Source of the DNA: Bacillota bacterium
GTDB taxonomy: Bacteria > Bacillota > JAAYKD01
Direction of reading: 5' to 3'
NCBI GenBank assembly: GCA_963666425.2
Contig: OY762825.2
Location: 896,001-960,000, forward strand
Length of the DNA: 64,000 nucleotides
Shown here piece after piece: positions 61,571-64,000 of this stretch. Under the pieces are notes generated by a model. That model was not told the origin of the DNA and did not search any database. It saw only the letters and a program-made list of their open reading frames with translations. Position 1 is the first letter of the stretch; every line of letters starts with the position of its first letter. Position numbers and translations under genes: made by a program.

Positions 61571-61595
61571 ATTCTATTTTCAGACTTGTTTTCCT
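61571..61595 (-). promoter_or_regulatory. Sigma-H-like promoter for pspA
   Basis: AGGA-N17-GAAT, one base shorter than the other copies. Confidence 0.4.
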
Positions 61596-61690
61596 CCTTG
61601 GAAAACAGGTCTATTTGAAATTACTTGCTGCAATGCTCCGCCGATTTCTCTCGAATCGCAGCTTTTTCAGATCTTTTATCTTTAAAAAAA

Positions 61691-61735
61691 ACGATCATGC
61701 GGAACTTCCTGACCGAAGTGTTTCCGCATGATCGT
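61691..61735 (-). terminator. Intrinsic terminator after the ABC permease gene
   Basis: ACGATCATGCGGAA / TTCCGCATGATCGT plus T-tract. Confidence 0.8.
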
Positions 61736-61741
61736 CTGCTG

Positions 61742-63295
61742 TCAGCGGCTGCTGCTTCCGCTGCTGCCGGCTGTTTGTTCTGCTCTGGCTTTTTCTCTGC
61801 CGCGTTCCATTTGCTCCTGGTGATGGAGTTCATCCTCCAGAAAATTCGTTGGATAGGGGAAATGCGGTGTCTTGGCATCCGCCGGTTGGATACCGAGCAA
61901 ACCACTGTTGGCATTGTACTCCGCCACGGTTCCGTCACAGGGAGAAAGCCATTCATGATAACGCATACCAAAATACATTTCCTCTGTCGCGATCACTTCG
62001 CCTTCTTTAACCATGTCGCCGACATTTTTCAAGCGGATTCCCTCCAAATGGCCATCCACCATATTCAATTTTAGAAAATGCAGGTTTTCATTGGCTTCCC
62101 GCAGCATGATCCAACCGGTAGGTTTTGCCAGATGATTGATTCTTGTCGTGACAATGGGAATATTGCGCGCAAAAAGCAATTGATTGACGGTGGCTACTCT
62201 GGCTAAAACCGTCGGGAAAGCAATCCCGGCAGCCAAAACAAAGAAAGTAAACAGCGCGCTTTGCCAAATATAACTGCGCAGATTACCCATATCGACTTGG
62301 CTAAACCAACTAATATATCCGCTTAACTGAAAAACAATGAGCAAACCGGCGAGGATTCCCGCTAAACCGGCGGAACCTTGTTCGATTGCCAGAGAAATTA
62401 CGATTTGATTATTCGACACACCAATGGATTTGAGAACTGCCAGTTCTCTTCTTCTTTCCAAAAAAGTCATCAAAGCAACCGTTAAAACACCGATACCTAA
62501 GAATAAGAAGATCAATACGAGCAGCCATTGTCCCGGTTCAAAAATCTGCTGCAGTAAAGAATCTGCTAAAGCGCTTGTCACATTCGCATAGAGAAAAGGC
62601 GTGTCCGGATAAGCCGTCTTCATCCATTCCACCAAATGCTGCAGTTCCGCTTCGTTCCGATCATAATTTACTATAAACCGATTGCTCAGGGGTTTTGCCA
62701 TTAAGCGCAATGCATCATTCTGCATGACCAAAGGCTGCGCTTCCTGATAATTTGGTGTAAAAATCCCCACCACGGTCAAGGTCAAACTGCGCTGACGCCC
62801 ATCCTCTGCCACCGTGAAGACGGACAGGGTGTCGTTCAGATGAATCTGTTCTGCCTGGGCCAGAGCAGCCGGCAGAACGACTTCACCGCTCTTCTGCAGC
62901 CAGCGACCCTGCAGTTCTTTATTTTGGTCAAGGAAAAACCGACTGTTTTCCATTAAGCCCAAGATTTCCTGTTTACCGAGATTAGAGTAAACCGAAACCG
63001 CGGCGGCTTCTTCTGCATAAGCTAAAATCTCACGTTTAAACTTCGGTATGGGTAAAGCAGAAGTTTCTTTTACTTCTTCCCCTTCCGGCAGCAGTACCAT
63101 CAAATCATAAGGCAATGTCAGCGTTTCGGTCCGGTAGATGCCAGCCTGCGCCGAGACAGACAGCATGCCGCTATAGAGGACATAGAGGCTGAATGAACCT
63201 GCTACCAAAAGAAAAATCGTAATCAACCGCCAGCGCCAACGTCCTATATTTTTCAAAGCCAGGTTGCCTATGGATGTGAATTGCCTGAAACTCAT
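61742..63295 (-). CDS. FtsX/MacB-like ABC permease with C-terminal biotinyl/lipoyl-like domain
   Basis: N-terminal TM, extracytoplasmic domain, ERRRELAVLKSIG and three TMs; then VGDMVKEGEVIATEE...LSPCDGTVAEYN. Confidence 0.82.
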   Translation of the reverse strand: MSFRQFTSIGNLALKNIGRWRWRLITIFLLVAGSFSLYVLYSGMLSVSAQAGIYRTETLTLPYDLMVLLPEGEEVKETSALPIPKFKREILAYAEEAAAVSVYSNLGKQEILGLMENSRFFLDQNKELQGRWLQKSGEVVLPAALAQAEQIHLNDTLSVFTVAEDGRQRSLTLTVVGIFTPNYQEAQPLVMQNDALRLMAKPLSNRFIVNYDRNEAELQHLVEWMKTAYPDTPFLYANVTSALADSLLQQIFEPGQWLLVLIFLFLGIGVLTVALMTFLERRRELAVLKSIGVSNNQIVISLAIEQGSAGLAGILAGLLIVFQLSGYISWFSQVDMGNLRSYIWQSALFTFFVLAAGIAFPTVLARVATVNQLLFARNIPIVTTRINHLAKPTGWIMLREANENLHFLKLNMVDGHLEGIRLKNVGDMVKEGEVIATEEMYFGMRYHEWLSPCDGTVAEYNANSGLLGIQPADAKTPHFPYPTNFLEDELHHQEQMERGREKARAEQTAGSSGSSSR

Positions 63296-63996
63296 GAATT
63301 CTGCACCTCTATAGCATTGATTTTACCGTCCCGCATCGTGATCACTCGATGCGCATAGCGTGTTAGGCTGGTATCGTGTGTGATCAGGACAAAAGTCTGA
63401 TTTTCTGTTCGATTGAAACGGCAGAACAGATCGATCACCAAATCTCTTGTTTTTGAATCCAAGTTTCCGGTCGGTTCATCCGCCAGGACCACAGCCGGCC
63501 GATTGGCCAGAGAGCGGGCAATGGCGACCCGCTGCTGTTCGCCACCGGAAAGCTGATCCGGTCTGTGATGTGCCCTGGGTGTTAATCCCACTTCATCCAG
63601 AAGAAACTTGGCACGCTCATGTGCATCTTTTTTGCTCATATTGGCAATTGACATCGGCAATTCCACGTTTTCCAAGGCGCTTAAGTGGGGGATCAAATTG
63701 AAAAACTGAAAAACATACCCGATATTTTTCCGACGCATCAAAGCCAACTGATCCTCATTGAGCTTGACGATCGACTGATCGTGAATCAGGATATCTCCAC
63801 TGATTGGTCGATCCAAACCACCCAGTAAACTCAAAAGCGTGCTCTTGCCGCTGCCGGATGGTCCAACGATAATCGCGATTTCACCGGGCATTACTTTGAT
63901 ATTTACATTATTGACCGCGTAAACAGCTTCTCCCAGATAAAAAGCCTTGTTTAAGTTGATCGTCTCCAGGATAGGCCGTTGATTTGCCTCCACCAT
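63292..63996 (-). CDS. ABC transporter ATP-binding protein (LolD/MacB type)
   Basis: [33 protein letters not shown] and ITHD motifs. Confidence 0.93.
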   Translation of the reverse strand: MVEANQRPILETINLNKAFYLGEAVYAVNNVNIKVMPGEIAIIVGPSGSGKSTLLSLLGGLDRPISGDILIHDQSIVKLNEDQLALMRRKNIGYVFQFFNLIPHLSALENVELPMSIANMSKKDAHERAKFLLDEVGLTPRAHHRPDQLSGGEQQRVAIARSLANRPAVVLADEPTGNLDSKTRDLVIDLFCRFNRTENQTFVLITHDTSLTRYAHRVITMRDGKINAIEVQNS

Positions 63997-64000
63997 TGTC

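Noticed and set aside
61742-62200. Permease tail as the missing biotin carrier for the carboxyltransferase at 20190
   Set aside because: It has no lysine at the biotinylation turn and no genomic linkage.

Overview
Chromosomal window from an anaerobic-type Bacillota (Firmicutes) bacterium; I cannot place the lineage more precisely without a database search. It holds one complete minus-strand rRNA operon (16S-23S-5S, no spacer tRNAs), an intact IS3-family element inserted into the pckA terminator, and about 50 CDSs. Peptide and amide hydrolases dominate: two S9 peptidases, two PepF, two amidohydrolases, an amidase, an acetamidase, an asparaginase and a double C26 enzyme. Housekeeping genes include ychF, rmuC, an Mrp ATPase, pckA, nth, hslO, thiN, galM and pspA. 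The best candidates for undescribed biology are: (1) a composite 57/58-bp + 152-bp repeat array behind the rrn terminator, whose ~72-nt hairpin pairs well only on the + strand; (2) an hslO-linked gene run encoding a 798-aa beta-CASP protein with a degenerate active site and an orphan zinc anti-sigma-like membrane protein; (3) a MacB/FtsX permease with a C-terminal lysine-less biotinyl/lipoyl-like domain upstream of pspA; (4) a pseudoenzyme-enzyme tandem C26 hydrolase; (5) a recurrent sigma-H-like promoter motif. Three single-base frameshifts at short A-runs look like sequencing errors. All family calls come from motifs read by eye, not from database searches.
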